Source: an uncultured Chthonomonadaceae bacterium
Lineage (GTDB): Bacteria > Armatimonadota > Chthonomonadetes > Chthonomonadales > Chthonomonadaceae
Assembly (NCBI GenBank): GCA_963817895.1
Contig: CAWFQB010000002.1
Location: forward strand, 672,001-736,000
Direction: 5' to 3'
Length of the DNA stretch: 64,000 nt
The notes under the pieces were generated by a model. The model was not told where the DNA came from and made no database searches. It worked only from the letters and a program-made list of their open reading frames with translations. How positions within the stretch are numbered: the stretch's first letter is position 1; the number at the start of each line of letters is the position of its first letter. This document shows positions 21,709-32,724 of this stretch, one piece after another. The position numbers were made by a program, and so were the translations under genes.

Positions 21709-23133
21709 ATGTTGGATGAAGCCGAAAAAGACAATGTATCCGTCTCGACTAACGGGGATAGAAACACATTCGGTGACCGCACGATTGTCTCTCCCGCATA
21801 CTTCCATTCGATTACTGTGGAGAACTTTCGTTGTTTTAAGCCGCTTCAGACTTTAGACTTATCAAACAGCAATGGGCAACCTGCTAGATGGACTTTAATA
21901 CTTGGAGAGAACGGAGTAGGTAAAACCTCTCTACTTCAGCTTCTGGCTTTGATGCAGCCAGAGGAATCTCGTTACGCATCCTATGATCCAAACAATCAAG
22001 TGGAGTGCGTTCCGAAGATGCTTGAGAATGCTCATAAACTAAATTGGTTCAGTGAACAGGGAGCTATACCCCGTGATATAAAATCGTATAAAGAGGGGCT
22101 GGCTAAAGTAAATTGTTCCATTAGCTCCGGTTGGGCTTTCAATAATTTATCTTCTATTAACTTGATTGAATACGCAGCATTTTTTAATCAGACTGGTGGG
22201 TCCTATTCGTCTGTTATAAGCGATCCGCAGGCATTAATCTGTTACGGATATGGCGCAAACCGCCGAATGGGAACCACTTCGCTGACCGACTCGCTGGATG
22301 CGGATTCGTCAGCCAGTTTGTTTTCGGATACCGTTGAACTTATGAACGCGGAGGAGTGGCTGCTTCAGGCGGATTATGCGGTAAGCCGAACCAAAGGGGC
22401 AGAAAGTAAACGGGCGGAGAATCAGTACAACCGCGTTAAGAAGATTCTTACGGAGTTGCTGCCGGATGTAGAAGACCTTCGCATCAGCGAATCCGCGTCG
22501 TTAAGATTGGGGCCGCATGTTCAGGCGAAAACCCCGTATGGGTGGGTTCCCATTCAAAGTTTGAGTTTAGGTTATCGCACCTTGCTGACGTGGATGGTTG
22601 ATTTAGCGGCCCGTTTGTTTGAACGTTATCCTAACAGCAAAAACCCGCTTGCCGAACCTGCCGTTGTGCTTGTGGACGAGATAGATTTACATCTTCATCC
22701 AAAATGGCAAAGGAAACTGATTCAGTTCCTGAGCGACACCTTTCCGAACACGCAATTTATAGCCACTGCGCACAGTCCGCTTGTGGTGCAAGCCGCTTCG
22801 GATGCCAACATCGTTTTGCTTCAACGCGAAGGCGATCACGTCGTAATCAACAATGATGTGAATACGATTGAAGGATGGCGGGCAGATCAAATACTGACGA
22901 GCGACCTGTTTGGTTTAGACAGTGCGCGCCCACCCCAATTGGATGCGGCTCTGCAAGAGCGTGAACGCCTGCTTGCCAAAAGCCGATTGACCAAAACAAA
23001 TAAAAAGCGTATCGAAGAACTGGAACGACAGATTGGGTCCATGCCTACCGGCGAGACACCGCAGGACATCAAGGCAATGGATATTATTCGCAGAGCCGCC
23101 AGCCTGCTTGAACAAAATGGACGCTTCAAGTAA
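21709..23133 (+). CDS. AAA/ABC-type ATPase (PtuA-like)
   Basis: ILGENGVGKTSLL, YGANRR, LSLGY, VLVDEIDLHLHPKWQR, QFIATAHSP. Confidence 0.9.
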   Translation: MLDEAEKDNVSVSTNGDRNTFGDRTIVSPAYFHSITVENFRCFKPLQTLDLSNSNGQPARWTLILGENGVGKTSLLQLLALMQPEESRYASYDPNNQVECVPKMLENAHKLNWFSEQGAIPRDIKSYKEGLAKVNCSISSGWAFNNLSSINLIEYAAFFNQTGGSYSSVISDPQALICYGYGANRRMGTTSLTDSLDADSSASLFSDTVELMNAEEWLLQADYAVSRTKGAESKRAENQYNRVKKILTELLPDVEDLRISESASLRLGPHVQAKTPYGWVPIQSLSLGYRTLLTWMVDLAARLFERYPNSKNPLAEPAVVLVDEIDLHLHPKWQRKLIQFLSDTFPNTQFIATAHSPLVVQAASDANIVLLQREGDHVVINNDVNTIEGWRADQILTSDLFGLDSARPPQLDAALQERERLLAKSRLTKTNKKRIEELERQIGSMPTGETPQDIKAMDIIRRAASLLEQNGRFK

Positions 23134-23157
23134 GTTTCACGGTACGGGGTCATGTAG

Positions 23158-23943
23158 TTGATTAAAATTACCAAACCGGAAACCCCACCTTCGATTTTAA
23201 CTACTACCGGTCGTATTAAATGCACTGCTCTGTGTCAGGAGTACACACGATTGGTGAACAGTGTTGCCCCGACAACATTGGAGTTGAATTTTGACCCTGC
23301 GGTTTATGGACATCCAGAGGTAAAGCAAGCCTTAATAGACGCGCAGCACGAGAAATGTTGCTTTTGTGAGAGCAAGGTTGGCGAAGAGGGAGATATTGAG
23401 CATTTTCGTCCCAAAGCCGCTTTTCGTCAAGGCGCAGCCTTGCCACTGGAAAAGCCGGGTTATTATTGGTTGGCTTATGAATGGGATAATTTGCTTTTGT
23501 GCTGTTCGCCCTGTAATCAGCGACATAAAAAGAACCTGTTCCCTTTGGGTGATCCGAATACAAGAGCGAGATCGCATAACGACTCCATAGCAGAAGAAGA
23601 ACCATTATTCATTCATCCGGCTCATGTGGATCCAGCGCGGCACATATCGTTTCATAAAGAAGTCGCTTTCAGCATCAATAACAGCAGGCATGGCGAACAA
23701 ACAATTAACGCTCTAAAGCTGAACCGGAAGATACTGAAAGAGAAACGTTTTAAGTGCTTGAAAAATTTAGTGCTGATGCGCCAAATATTAGGGTTGAGAG
23801 ACGAACTCTCCAACAGCCCACAAGGGCTGGAGATTTTGAATGAAGCAACGCAAGTTTTAGAAGATGCAGTTACCGACTCGGCGGAATATACGGCAATGGC
23901 GCGAGTTGCCGCGCAATCGGATTTTCGTATAGCGTTACCTTGA
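23158..23943 (+). CDS. HNH endonuclease (PtuB/TIGR02646-like)
   Basis: KCCFCE, IEHFRPK, YYWLAYEWDNLLLCCSPCN..K motifs. Confidence 0.88.
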   Translation: MIKITKPETPPSILTTTGRIKCTALCQEYTRLVNSVAPTTLELNFDPAVYGHPEVKQALIDAQHEKCCFCESKVGEEGDIEHFRPKAAFRQGAALPLEKPGYYWLAYEWDNLLLCCSPCNQRHKKNLFPLGDPNTRARSHNDSIAEEEPLFIHPAHVDPARHISFHKEVAFSINNSRHGEQTINALKLNRKILKEKRFKCLKNLVLMRQILGLRDELSNSPQGLEILNEATQVLEDAVTDSAEYTAMARVAAQSDFRIALP

Positions 23944-24066
23944 AAAGCCGCAATCCCGCAACATTCCCATGCTCTGCCTACAGGAAACAGGCTTTCGTGG
24001 TGGAGATGCGCAAACAATTCGCCTGCTTCAACAAGAAAGCCAACTCAACAAGAAAGTGAAAACGAA

Positions 24067-24360
24067 ATGGCAGCCAATCACAAACTTACCGGTGTTCTAC
24101 AAGGCCGAACAATTTCCGGCACACAAAATTCGGGCGGCAATTTCACAATCACGTTTACGGACGGTTCGCGCATGACGGTAAAAACAGCAGGTTCGTCCAA
24201 CAGCGCCAGCACGGGCGGCACGATCCGAGAGGCGCGTCAGGAGGGAACGACGCTCACCCTTGAAATGGAGGCCGGTTCCTCGTTGAGCGTCACGACTGCG
24301 GGGGCTACGAGCGGCATTGTCGTGAGAAATCAGAGTGGCGCAATGGAGTATTCGGATTGA
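24067..24360 (+). CDS. Hypothetical protein
   Basis: 97-aa ORF with an internal two-fold repeat (GRTI/GGTI..T). Confidence 0.6.
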   Translation: MAANHKLTGVLQGRTISGTQNSGGNFTITFTDGSRMTVKTAGSSNSASTGGTIREARQEGTTLTLEMEAGSSLSVTTAGATSGIVVRNQSGAMEYSD

Positions 24361-24461
24361 CGGACGGCAGGGCGCATTGCCGAGTTGCGGTTGTTTAGAG
24401 TATGATTTGTGGCAAGAAAAATCCAGAGCAGTAGACAGCGCTTGAGAAAGCGAGTGGCACG

Positions 24462-25400
24462 ATGCGACTTTTCGGATTGGGCGGGGGAACTCCCGAAGAT
24501 GAGGCGACGAAGCAGCGGCGCGAGGCGAGCGAACGCTCCATTGCGCAGGGCGGCTTGCCGCTTAACGCTATTGACCGCCTGCGCGAACAGAAATCGCGGC
24601 AGAACACGCCCGGACACATCTTCACCAGTGACCTGAGCGTAAATGAACTGGTTCTGGTACATCAGGCCGGGTATGAGCCGCTCGGTCAGGTGATGGGCAG
24701 CAGCGTGTATCATATCGGCTGGCAGTGGATGCCCTATTCCAGTTGGAATTCCGGCGAACTGACCGTGCTGACGCAGGCATTTTATGAGGCGCGGCATCTG
24801 GCGCTCGGACGGCTGTATCAGGAAGCGGCCCTGCTTGGCGCAACCGGCGTGGTCGGCGTCCGGCTGGAAAAGCGCGAATACGAGTGGGGTTCGTCCCTGC
24901 TGGAATTCGCCGCCATCGGCACGGCCATACGGGAATTCGACGTTCCGCCCCCCGCCGAAGGAACCGCGCAGCCGTTTCTGAGCGACCTGAGCGGCGAAGA
25001 GTTCTGGATGCTGCGGCAAACGGGGTTCCGGCCTGTCGGCGTCGCCATCGGCAACTGCACCTACTATCAGGTTCCCTCGTGGAATACGCGAAACGTGACG
25101 AACGGCGGCTGGATGGGCGGCGCGTGGACCAATCAGGAATTACCCGACTACACGCAGGCTTTGTACAACGCCCGTTCGCTCGCCATGAGCCGCATGGAAC
25201 ACGAGGCGCGGCAATTCAACGCGGTCGGCATCGTTGGCGCGGACGTGGAAATACTGGGCGAACCCCGCGAAGTCGAAGTCAGCGAAAACAACCGCCGCAC
25301 CGACATGATTTTCCACTACACCGCCATCGGCACGGCTATCGCGCCCTATACGGGCCGCTGGCCGATTTTCAAAGTGATGAATACGGTATCACTCAAATAG
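24462..25400 (+). CDS. YbjQ/UPF0145 (putative heavy-metal-binding) tandem-domain protein
   Basis: FTSDLSVNE, AR.LA..R...A..LGA.GVVGV, AIGTA, each repeated in two domains. Confidence 0.85.
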   Translation: MRLFGLGGGTPEDEATKQRREASERSIAQGGLPLNAIDRLREQKSRQNTPGHIFTSDLSVNELVLVHQAGYEPLGQVMGSSVYHIGWQWMPYSSWNSGELTVLTQAFYEARHLALGRLYQEAALLGATGVVGVRLEKREYEWGSSLLEFAAIGTAIREFDVPPPAEGTAQPFLSDLSGEEFWMLRQTGFRPVGVAIGNCTYYQVPSWNTRNVTNGGWMGGAWTNQELPDYTQALYNARSLAMSRMEHEARQFNAVGIVGADVEILGEPREVEVSENNRRTDMIFHYTAIGTAIAPYTGRWPIFKVMNTVSLK

Positions 25401-25494
25401 GGAGTAGGTTGTAGGGAGTAGGAGTAGGAAAGGCGCGTTCAACTCACGCATTGTCCTACTCCCTACAACCTACTCCCTATCCGAAGGAGACCCC

Positions 25495-26316
25495 ATGCCC
25501 TACACACCCGGTTCGCAGGAAGGATTGCCCGAAGCGGCGCGACAACGATTGACGGATATGCGCGGCGGGGCCGGCAAGCGTCCGCTGTTTACCAGTGATT
25601 TGTCGGTCAACGAGTTTTTGCTGGTGCGCGAGGCCGGCTTCGATCCCGTCGGCCTCGTCATGGGCAGCAGCATCTATCATATCGGCTTTCAGTTCGCCAA
25701 CTTCTTCCAGAATCAGGAGATGACGGTTCTGACGCAGGCGATGTACCATGCCCGCGAACTGGCAATGACGCGCATGGAGGAGGAGGCCGACATACTCGGC
25801 GCGGACGGCGTTGTGGGCGTCCGGCTGGAGGTGACGCGCTACGAATGGGGCGAACATCTGGCGGAATTTATGGCGATCGGCACGGCTATCAAACACCGAA
25901 CGGGCGAACATTACCGCACACATGATAATCGCCCCTTCACGTCCGATCTGAACGGTCAGGATTTCTGGACACTGCTGCGCGCGGGTTATCGCCCGGTTTC
26001 GATGGTGATGGGAACCTGCGTGTACCATGTGGCGCACCGGGGATTGATGCAGTCGCTGGCACAGGCCGGACGCAACACAGAGATGCAGAACTACACGCAG
26101 GCGCTGTACGATGCCCGCGAACTGTCGCTGTCGCGGATGCAGGCCGAAGCCGAAACGGAACAGGCCGAGGGCATCGTGGGGGCGCAGGTCAAGGAGAGCA
26201 GTCACGGTTGGGGCAGCCATGTCATCGAATATTTTGCGGTCGGCACAGCAGTCACGTCCATCTCCGACAAACACCAGATAGAAACGCCAACCCTGATCCT
26301 TCCGCTGACCGGCTAA
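25495..26316 (+). CDS. YbjQ/UPF0145 tandem-domain protein, paralog
   Basis: Same motifs as the preceding gene; AAGGAG RBS. Confidence 0.85.
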   Translation: MPYTPGSQEGLPEAARQRLTDMRGGAGKRPLFTSDLSVNEFLLVREAGFDPVGLVMGSSIYHIGFQFANFFQNQEMTVLTQAMYHARELAMTRMEEEADILGADGVVGVRLEVTRYEWGEHLAEFMAIGTAIKHRTGEHYRTHDNRPFTSDLNGQDFWTLLRAGYRPVSMVMGTCVYHVAHRGLMQSLAQAGRNTEMQNYTQALYDARELSLSRMQAEAETEQAEGIVGAQVKESSHGWGSHVIEYFAVGTAVTSISDKHQIETPTLILPLTG

Positions 26317-26321
26317 ACGGT

Positions 26322-26957
26322 ATGGCAAGCCGCAAACAAGAGCGCTTCATCAAAGTTCCTGACTGGTTCTCAGAACCGACACAACGCTTTCCTTCTCTTT
26401 CTGTAGTTGTTCGGGAAGAATTTGATAGCGTTGTGGCTGCGCAAACTTACGCCGAAATGTTGAACGCTCGGGTAAACTTTGGCGAAAAGTTGATTGTAGC
26501 AAACATGGTAAATGAGTTCCTTACGCAGCTAATGGAACGAGGCATGCCCCTGCCGCAGGAGATGGTTGTAGATGCCAATGCGTTTCGTGAATACGAACGG
26601 AACAAAGTACGGTTCATCGCCGCCAAAACTGTGGATAAGACAATCTATATCAATCCGTCTTCGATTGTATGGATAAATCCTGTTCAGGCGGCGCAAATGT
26701 ACGAAGGCCGGTTCTGGTCTACGCCACATCCTTTGCATCCATTCTTCCATGAAGAGGGGCATATTTTACTTGGCACAGCAGGAAGCCCCCGCCCCCTTAG
26801 CGCAAAACAGGCGAATGTAGCCGCTTCTGTAAGTACCTACGCAAAAGGAAATCAAGAAGAATTAGTTTGTGAAATGCTTGCAGGGCTGTTTTGCGAGGTT
26901 GAATACGATGCCGATATGATGCGTTTATACAAGCGTTTAGGAGGAAAAACGATATGA
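26322..26957 (+). CDS. HEXXH zincin-like metallopeptidase domain protein
   Basis: IYINP, HEEGH and VSTYA..N.EELVCE; start MASRKQ. Confidence 0.65.
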   Translation: MASRKQERFIKVPDWFSEPTQRFPSLSVVVREEFDSVVAAQTYAEMLNARVNFGEKLIVANMVNEFLTQLMERGMPLPQEMVVDANAFREYERNKVRFIAAKTVDKTIYINPSSIVWINPVQAAQMYEGRFWSTPHPLHPFFHEEGHILLGTAGSPRPLSAKQANVAASVSTYAKGNQEELVCEMLAGLFCEVEYDADMMRLYKRLGGKTI

Positions 26958-27172
26958 TTAACGCCGTTCAGTGCGGCTTTTGTAAGCATTATTGGGCGGG
27001 AAAGGAATCGTGCGATGCCTTTCCTGATGGTATTCCAGTTGAGATTTTAAACAATTCGCGCGATCATCGGCTTCCCTATCCGGGCGATCACAACATTCGC
27101 ATGGAATTGAAGCCGGGTGTACCCGAGGCAATGTTGGGTGAACTGCTCAGTGCGGAGCAGAAGGCGGCCTAA
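26954..27172 (+). CDS. Small Cys-rich protein, putative immunity/antitoxin
   Basis: ATGA overlap with the upstream stop; CGFCKH..C.AFPDGIP..I....DH..PYPGDH.I. Confidence 0.7.
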   Translation: MINAVQCGFCKHYWAGKESCDAFPDGIPVEILNNSRDHRLPYPGDHNIRMELKPGVPEAMLGELLSAEQKAA

Positions 27173-27219
27173 CATTCCAAAAATATATTTTTAATGTTCC
27201 TGTACATTTTGTCTGAATA

Positions 27220-28194
27220 TTGTACTATTTTCAGGGAGGACGCGCTATCTCACCCGAAGATGCAGCAAAAATTGGGACGCGGCTGGCGTCGAAGCAGACT
27301 GAAGAGCGGATGCGGGCGGTGGGGCATTTACGGCGGATTGCCGATGCCGACGCCCAAACCCTGCTGCTCAAAACGCTCAAAGACCGGAGCCACTATGTAG
27401 GCGCGTTGGCGGCGGAAGCGCTGGCCGAATGCGCCGATGAGCGCCTGCTGCCGCAGTTAATCGCCCTGTTCGACTGGTTTGCCGAAGACGGTTTGGGGCG
27501 CGATACGGGCTGCCACATTCGGGGCCACTTAGCCGTGCTGTTCGGCAGGATGGAAGCGCAGTCGGCTGTAGACGCCCTGCGCGTCGGCATCAAGACGCGG
27601 CAAATGGAAGCGGTTGGCGGAATTCCGACGGATACCGCCGTTCATTTACGCGCCAATTGCGCCCTTGCCCTCGCGCAACTGCGCCCGCCCGACGCCCTAC
27701 GCGACATTGCCCTGCTGCTGTTCGATGAGGGCAAGGGCGCGATTACCCACGCTTCCAATGCCAAATACGTCACGATTGAGTGCCGCAAGGCGGCGGCGCA
27801 GGCGCTTGCCCATCTCGCCAATCCGCAGGGGATCGTTCCGCTTGCTATCAAACTGACTTACCCCGAAGACGAAGCGCCCGAAGTGCTGCAAGAGTGTTTG
27901 CAGGCCGTCGTGGATTTGGAAGACGAGCGCGGCATGGAACTGATTGCGCCCTATCTTTCCCATTCCGACGCGCATCTCGCCGCGTTCGCCTGCCTGATGG
28001 TAGCCCGCGCGCACGACCCGCAAGCCCCATTCCTCATCCTCCGTACCCTTTCCCGTCTGACCGGCGATCCGCTCGAAGCCGCCATCCTTGCCCTGTCCAC
28101 CCTCCGTACCGAAGACGCGCATAAGATGCTGAAAGAGCTTGCGGAAAGCGACCGCAAGGATGTTCGGCGTATCGTCAAGGAATTAGGGTTTTAG
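27220..28194 (+). CDS. HEAT-repeat protein (start uncertain)
   Basis: Repeated helical R..AA.AL motifs. Confidence 0.75.
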   Translation: MYYFQGGRAISPEDAAKIGTRLASKQTEERMRAVGHLRRIADADAQTLLLKTLKDRSHYVGALAAEALAECADERLLPQLIALFDWFAEDGLGRDTGCHIRGHLAVLFGRMEAQSAVDALRVGIKTRQMEAVGGIPTDTAVHLRANCALALAQLRPPDALRDIALLLFDEGKGAITHASNAKYVTIECRKAAAQALAHLANPQGIVPLAIKLTYPEDEAPEVLQECLQAVVDLEDERGMELIAPYLSHSDAHLAAFACLMVARAHDPQAPFLILRTLSRLTGDPLEAAILALSTLRTEDAHKMLKELAESDRKDVRRIVKELGF

Positions 28195-28295
28195 GGTCAA
28201 TACCGTTCAAATAAGCGTTCGTAGGGACACAACATGTTGTGTCCTCCCCCGGTAGAGAACAAACAGCCACCAATCGCCAATCACTAACCACCAAC

Positions 28296-30338
28296 TCACA
28301 TTGCCGCGTGAATGGCGGGACGGCGTTCGGGATTCGGTTCGGCAATGCGGAGCACTTCCCGCGTCACAGGCGCGACATCACCCTTGCCCGAAAGCACATA
28401 ACGCAGCAGGTACAACAGTGGATTCCCTTCCGTCCAGTTGAAGTAGGCGTGAGGACGCTTGCCCGTCATATCGCGGATGTGCAGCAGCAGAGCCGCAATC
28501 GAATTGGGAACTGCGGTGCCTTCCCCGCGCAGCACGCGGTGGCCGTCCACTTCCACGCCCTGTACGCGCAGCGCGTCCGTGAAGTCGGAAGCGTCGCGAA
28601 CTTTCACCTCCATAAACAGCACAGGCTCCTGCGCGGGAATCTGATGGTCTTCCCGCGCGCTTTTTTCCTTGTCCTGATACTCGGAAGTATCCCCCGCATC
28701 CGGGTGATTCGCGATGAGGTGCAGCGTGGAACGTTGCGCGGCCTCCTCGATGAAGCGGCGCGCGTTATCGTCCAGTTCAATATGCGTGACGCGCAGTTCC
28801 GTCGTGCGCCACACCCGCGACAGCAGGGACACGAGGACAATGGAAAAGATAAACACAGCCGCGATTTTGATACCGTCGGGACGCTCGAAGATGTTGACAA
28901 TGGTGGTATACGCGAATACCACCGCAATCACGCCGTAGCCACCCGCAGCGGTTTTCGCGCCCCGCTTCCACGCGCTGATGGTGACGGCGACCGCCGCGCT
29001 TGTCATCAGCACCAGAACGCCGGTCGCATACGCCCCGCCCTGCGCATTCACATCCGCCTTGAACAGCAGGGTAATCACGGTTGCCACAACCACATACACA
29101 ATGACAAGCGGGCGCGAGGCGCGCGTCCATTCGGGAGCCATGCCGTAGCGGGGCAGATAGCGCGGCACGATGTTAATCAATCCGGCCATTGCCGACGCCC
29201 CCGCAAACCATAAAATCAGAATGGTAGACGCATCATAAACGGTTCCAAACCCGTTGCCCAGCATGTCGTGAGCGAGGTAGGCAAGGGCGCGGCCATTGGC
29301 TTTGCCGCCCTCCTTGAACGCTTCCGCCGGGATGAGGAGCGTCGTTACCAAACTGCTTGTCAGCAGAAACACGCTCATAATCACAGCCGCCACAAGCAGC
29401 AGCAGGCGCGTGTTGCGGATGCGCCCGTTGGGAACACCCTGCGCGTCGTCCGCATCCCCCTTGATGAGCGGCATCACGGCAACGCCCGTTTCAAAGCCGG
29501 ACAGGCCAAGCGCGAGCTTGGGAAACAGCAGGAGCGACACGCCGATCATGGCGAACACGTTGCCGTGCTGCTGAAACAGAGCGGTTTTCCACTGCCCGAA
29601 CACTTCGGGGTGGGCAAACACATGTTTGATGCCGACCGCCATGACAATGGCGTTCAGCCCTAAATACACCCCGACCAGCACCACCGCAATGCCAATCGCC
29701 TCCTTGAACCCCTTGAGAAAAATCGCGCCTAACAGGAACACCAGCGTAAGCGTAATCAGAATAGCTTTGCCGTGCATAATATGGGCCGTATAAGGGTTTT
29801 CAATCAAGTGAGCGGCGGCATCGGCAGCGGAAAGCGTAATGGTAATGATGAAATCCGTCGCCACAAACCCAAGCAGGCACAGAACGAACAATTTGCCCTG
29901 CCACCAGGGGAGCAGACGTTCCAGCATGGAAATAGAGCCTTCGCCGTTGGGACTTTCCCGCGCGACCCGGTTGTAAATGGGCAACGCGCCAAACAGGGTC
30001 AGCAGCACGAGAATCAGGGTGGCGAGTGGCGACAACGCGCCTGCCGCGAGGGCGGCAATTCCCGGCTGGTAGCCAAGCGTGGAAAAGTAATCCACGCCCG
30101 TCAGACACATCACCTGCCACCAGGTGTGCGGCGGGTGCTGATGCGGTTTTTGCCCCGGTCCCTCCGCGCCTTCGGGATGGATGCCTTCCAGCAGCCAGCG
30201 TTTGAAGCCGCTCTGAGGATGCGCGTTCGCATTCGATGAGGCAGGCGGCATGGCTGGCGCGAGCGCTGCAACAGGCGTAGAACTGGATTGTGTTGAGTTG
30301 GATTGTTTTGAATCAGATGGCTGCGCTGTATCGCTCAT
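28296..30338 (-). CDS. APC-superfamily (amino acid / KimA-like) transporter
   Basis: [40 protein letters not shown]; many TMs plus a soluble C-terminal domain. Confidence 0.88.
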   Translation of the reverse strand: MSDTAQPSDSKQSNSTQSSSTPVAALAPAMPPASSNANAHPQSGFKRWLLEGIHPEGAEGPGQKPHQHPPHTWWQVMCLTGVDYFSTLGYQPGIAALAAGALSPLATLILVLLTLFGALPIYNRVARESPNGEGSISMLERLLPWWQGKLFVLCLLGFVATDFIITITLSAADAAAHLIENPYTAHIMHGKAILITLTLVFLLGAIFLKGFKEAIGIAVVLVGVYLGLNAIVMAVGIKHVFAHPEVFGQWKTALFQQHGNVFAMIGVSLLLFPKLALGLSGFETGVAVMPLIKGDADDAQGVPNGRIRNTRLLLLVAAVIMSVFLLTSSLVTTLLIPAEAFKEGGKANGRALAYLAHDMLGNGFGTVYDASTILILWFAGASAMAGLINIVPRYLPRYGMAPEWTRASRPLVIVYVVVATVITLLFKADVNAQGGAYATGVLVLMTSAAVAVTISAWKRGAKTAAGGYGVIAVVFAYTTIVNIFERPDGIKIAAVFIFSIVLVSLLSRVWRTTELRVTHIELDDNARRFIEEAAQRSTLHLIANHPDAGDTSEYQDKEKSAREDHQIPAQEPVLFMEVKVRDASDFTDALRVQGVEVDGHRVLRGEGTAVPNSIAALLLHIRDMTGKRPHAYFNWTEGNPLLYLLRYVLSGKGDVAPVTREVLRIAEPNPERRPAIHAAM

Positions 30339-30506
30339 GCCGTCACCTCGCGCGCTGCAATATTTCCGCAGAGATTAGTGATGGGATGGAAGCGGCGCGC
30401 CTTTTGCAACAGTCATTTTCACGCTGTTACAATCAGGAAATGGCGCTTGTCTTCATCCAACAGGCACTACGCAGCAGAACGCGGTTTGACAGCATCAGCA
30501 GGAACA

Positions 30507-31343
30507 TTACGGCTGCGCGTTGGCGATAAAATCTTTGCTCGTGGTGGTCGTATCCAGATTGGAGTATTTGCGGAACTTCGAACTACCGTCGTAGCGCAGG
30601 CCGATGAAGCCATCCGTATGCCGCGCCGGGTAATGGGTGTGCGCCGTATCTTGTTCCAGAGGAAACGGGCCGCGCATGTTGTAGGGCATACCGGGCGAAC
30701 CGTTGCCCGCGCCCGGAGGATTGGCCGCGCCCATGCTGCCCGTATTCGCGCAGCCGGGTGTTTTAGCATGATCCCACACGAAATACACGGTTGGATTGGT
30801 AATGAACGCATCCGGCTGCCCCATCGGGCCGTTATAAATGTAGCTCATGGCGTAGCCGACCTGCCCTTCCGGGTACGAGGGGCAGCGAAATATCTGCTGG
30901 TTTTTCACATACGGCTGTAAAAACCCCGCCTTCAGACCGGTATAACTTGTGGGCAGCGGTTTCGGTTCGGAGGAGATATTGTTGTCATAGGGCGCCCACC
31001 AGGTTTCCAGCGGCCCTGTGGGAATGGTAGCCGTCGCTAAATTCGCGCAGAGCGGATCATTGGCATAAGCAGGGTCGCAAAACCGATAGCGACAGTTGAC
31101 CTCATCGTAATCGCTGCGGTACATTGTCAGGGCAAGCGCGATTTGATGTTGATTGCTGATACACGCCGCCTGCCGTCCCTTTTCCCGCGCTTGCGCAAAT
31201 ACAGGAAACAGAATCGCGGCGAGAATAGATATAATGGCGATCACGACGAGCAGTTCGATCAGGGTAAAGGCGGTGTTCGGTGTTTGGTGTTCGGTGTTGG
31301 GCGCTTTTGTAATGCGTAGCGCAGAGTGTCGAGTGCTGAACAT
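30507..31343 (-). CDS. Prepilin-type N-terminal cleavage/methylation, DUF1559-like protein
   Basis: [42 protein letters not shown]9-DG variant [12 protein letters not shown]. Confidence 0.9.
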   Translation of the reverse strand: MFSTRHSALRITKAPNTEHQTPNTAFTLIELLVVIAIISILAAILFPVFAQAREKGRQAACISNQHQIALALTMYRSDYDEVNCRYRFCDPAYANDPLCANLATATIPTGPLETWWAPYDNNISSEPKPLPTSYTGLKAGFLQPYVKNQQIFRCPSYPEGQVGYAMSYIYNGPMGQPDAFITNPTVYFVWDHAKTPGCANTGSMGAANPPGAGNGSPGMPYNMRGPFPLEQDTAHTHYPARHTDGFIGLRYDGSSKFRKYSNLDTTTTSKDFIANAQP

Positions 31344-31457
31344 GACGGCGAATTCCTCACAATTACAGGTTGAAGCAACTTTGAACATGGCTCTATGCAA
31401 GTATATACTACATTAGGTTAGAAATAATTGCCTGAATATTCCACTTGACGCGCTTTG

Positions 31458-32723
31458 ATGGAAAATATGAAGACGGACAGCGAAAAAACCAAAAACGAGG
31501 GCGGGCTGAAGAACCGGCTCCAGGCAACGCGAACCCGGCTTGGGCTGAGTCAGCGGGAACTGGCGGGAGTGGCCGGCATAACGCGGCAGACTATCGGCGG
31601 CATTGAGGCGGAATTGTACGCGCCCTCGGCCTCTGTGGCGCTGCGGTTGGCGAAAGCGTTGGGCTGCCGCGTGGAAGACCTGTTCTGGCTGGAAGACGAT
31701 TTGCCGACGGTGCAGGCAAGGTTGGTTTTGCCCGATTCTGTGCAGACGGCAGGAGGGGAGAGGAGCGACGCGGAAAGCGCGTTCACTGCTGAAGGCATAA
31801 GCGCGGCAGGAAACGGAGCCGCTTTGCCCCGGCGCGTCACGCTGGCGCAGATTGGCGGCAAATGGATCGCTCACCCTTTGCAGAACGCGCAGGCGTTCCG
31901 TACCGAACTGATTCCGGCGGATGGGCTTACCAATGTTCAAACAGACGTTGCGGCGCGTAATTCAGCGCCGAGCGTTTCGGAAAATGTTGCTGTACGCTTG
32001 CTGGATGAGCCGGACGCGCTGATGCGGACGGTTCTGCTGGCGGGATGCGCGCCCGCGCTGTCGCTGTGGGCGCGTTCGGCGGAACGGTGGCATCCGGGTT
32101 TGCGCGTCCACTGGCGACACGCCAACAGCACCATCGCGCTGGAAAGCCTGGCGCGGGGCGAAATTCACGCGGCGGGCGTCCATTTATGCGATATTCGTGG
32201 CGGACACGACAATGCGCCGTTTGTACGGCAAGCGCTGAAGCAGGGTTCTCTCGTACTGGTCAATCTGGGCGTGTGGGAGGAGGGGCTATTGCTGCGTCCG
32301 GGCAACCCGAAATGCCTGCAAACGGGAGCGGACCTGACGCAGGGGGGCGTTCGCATCATAAACAGGGAGCCGGGAGCCGGGTCGCGCCTGCTGCTTGATA
32401 GCTGGCTGCAAAGCGAACATATCGAACCGGAACAGGTGGCGGGTTACGGGCAACTCGTTGGCGGGCATCTGGAAGTGGCGCAGGCGATACAGGCGGGCGT
32501 CGCGGATGCGGGAATCAGCGCGGAGTCGGTAGCCGCGATTTACGGACTTGATTTTGTACCCCTGCGCTCGGTGCGCTACGATTTAGCCCTGCGCAAAGAG
32601 ACGCTGGATTTTGAGCCGATGCAGCAACTGCTCGGCACACTGCGCCATCGCTGGATACAATCCCAACTCCGCGCGCTCGGCGGGTATGATACGACACATA
32701 CCGGCGATATTATCGAAGTGTAA
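31458..32723 (+). CDS. XRE-HTH + molybdate-type periplasmic-binding-like domain regulator
   Basis: LSQRELAGVAGITRQTIGGIE HTH; AGVHL, INREPGAGSRLLLD, H..VA..I..G.AD.G, LDFVPL..RYDL and LGGYD motifs. Confidence 0.88.
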   Translation: MENMKTDSEKTKNEGGLKNRLQATRTRLGLSQRELAGVAGITRQTIGGIEAELYAPSASVALRLAKALGCRVEDLFWLEDDLPTVQARLVLPDSVQTAGGERSDAESAFTAEGISAAGNGAALPRRVTLAQIGGKWIAHPLQNAQAFRTELIPADGLTNVQTDVAARNSAPSVSENVAVRLLDEPDALMRTVLLAGCAPALSLWARSAERWHPGLRVHWRHANSTIALESLARGEIHAAGVHLCDIRGGHDNAPFVRQALKQGSLVLVNLGVWEEGLLLRPGNPKCLQTGADLTQGGVRIINREPGAGSRLLLDSWLQSEHIEPEQVAGYGQLVGGHLEVAQAIQAGVADAGISAESVAAIYGLDFVPLRSVRYDLALRKETLDFEPMQQLLGTLRHRWIQSQLRALGGYDTTHTGDIIEV

Positions 32724-32724
32724 A

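Noticed and set aside
21500..24060. Retron associated with the ATPase-HNH pair
   Set aside because: No reverse transcriptase ORF and no recognisable msr-msd inverted repeats.
27167..27240. Integron attC site after the Cys-rich gene (GCCTAAC at the stop)
   Set aside because: No matching GTTRRRY or paired L boxes downstream, and no integron integrase.
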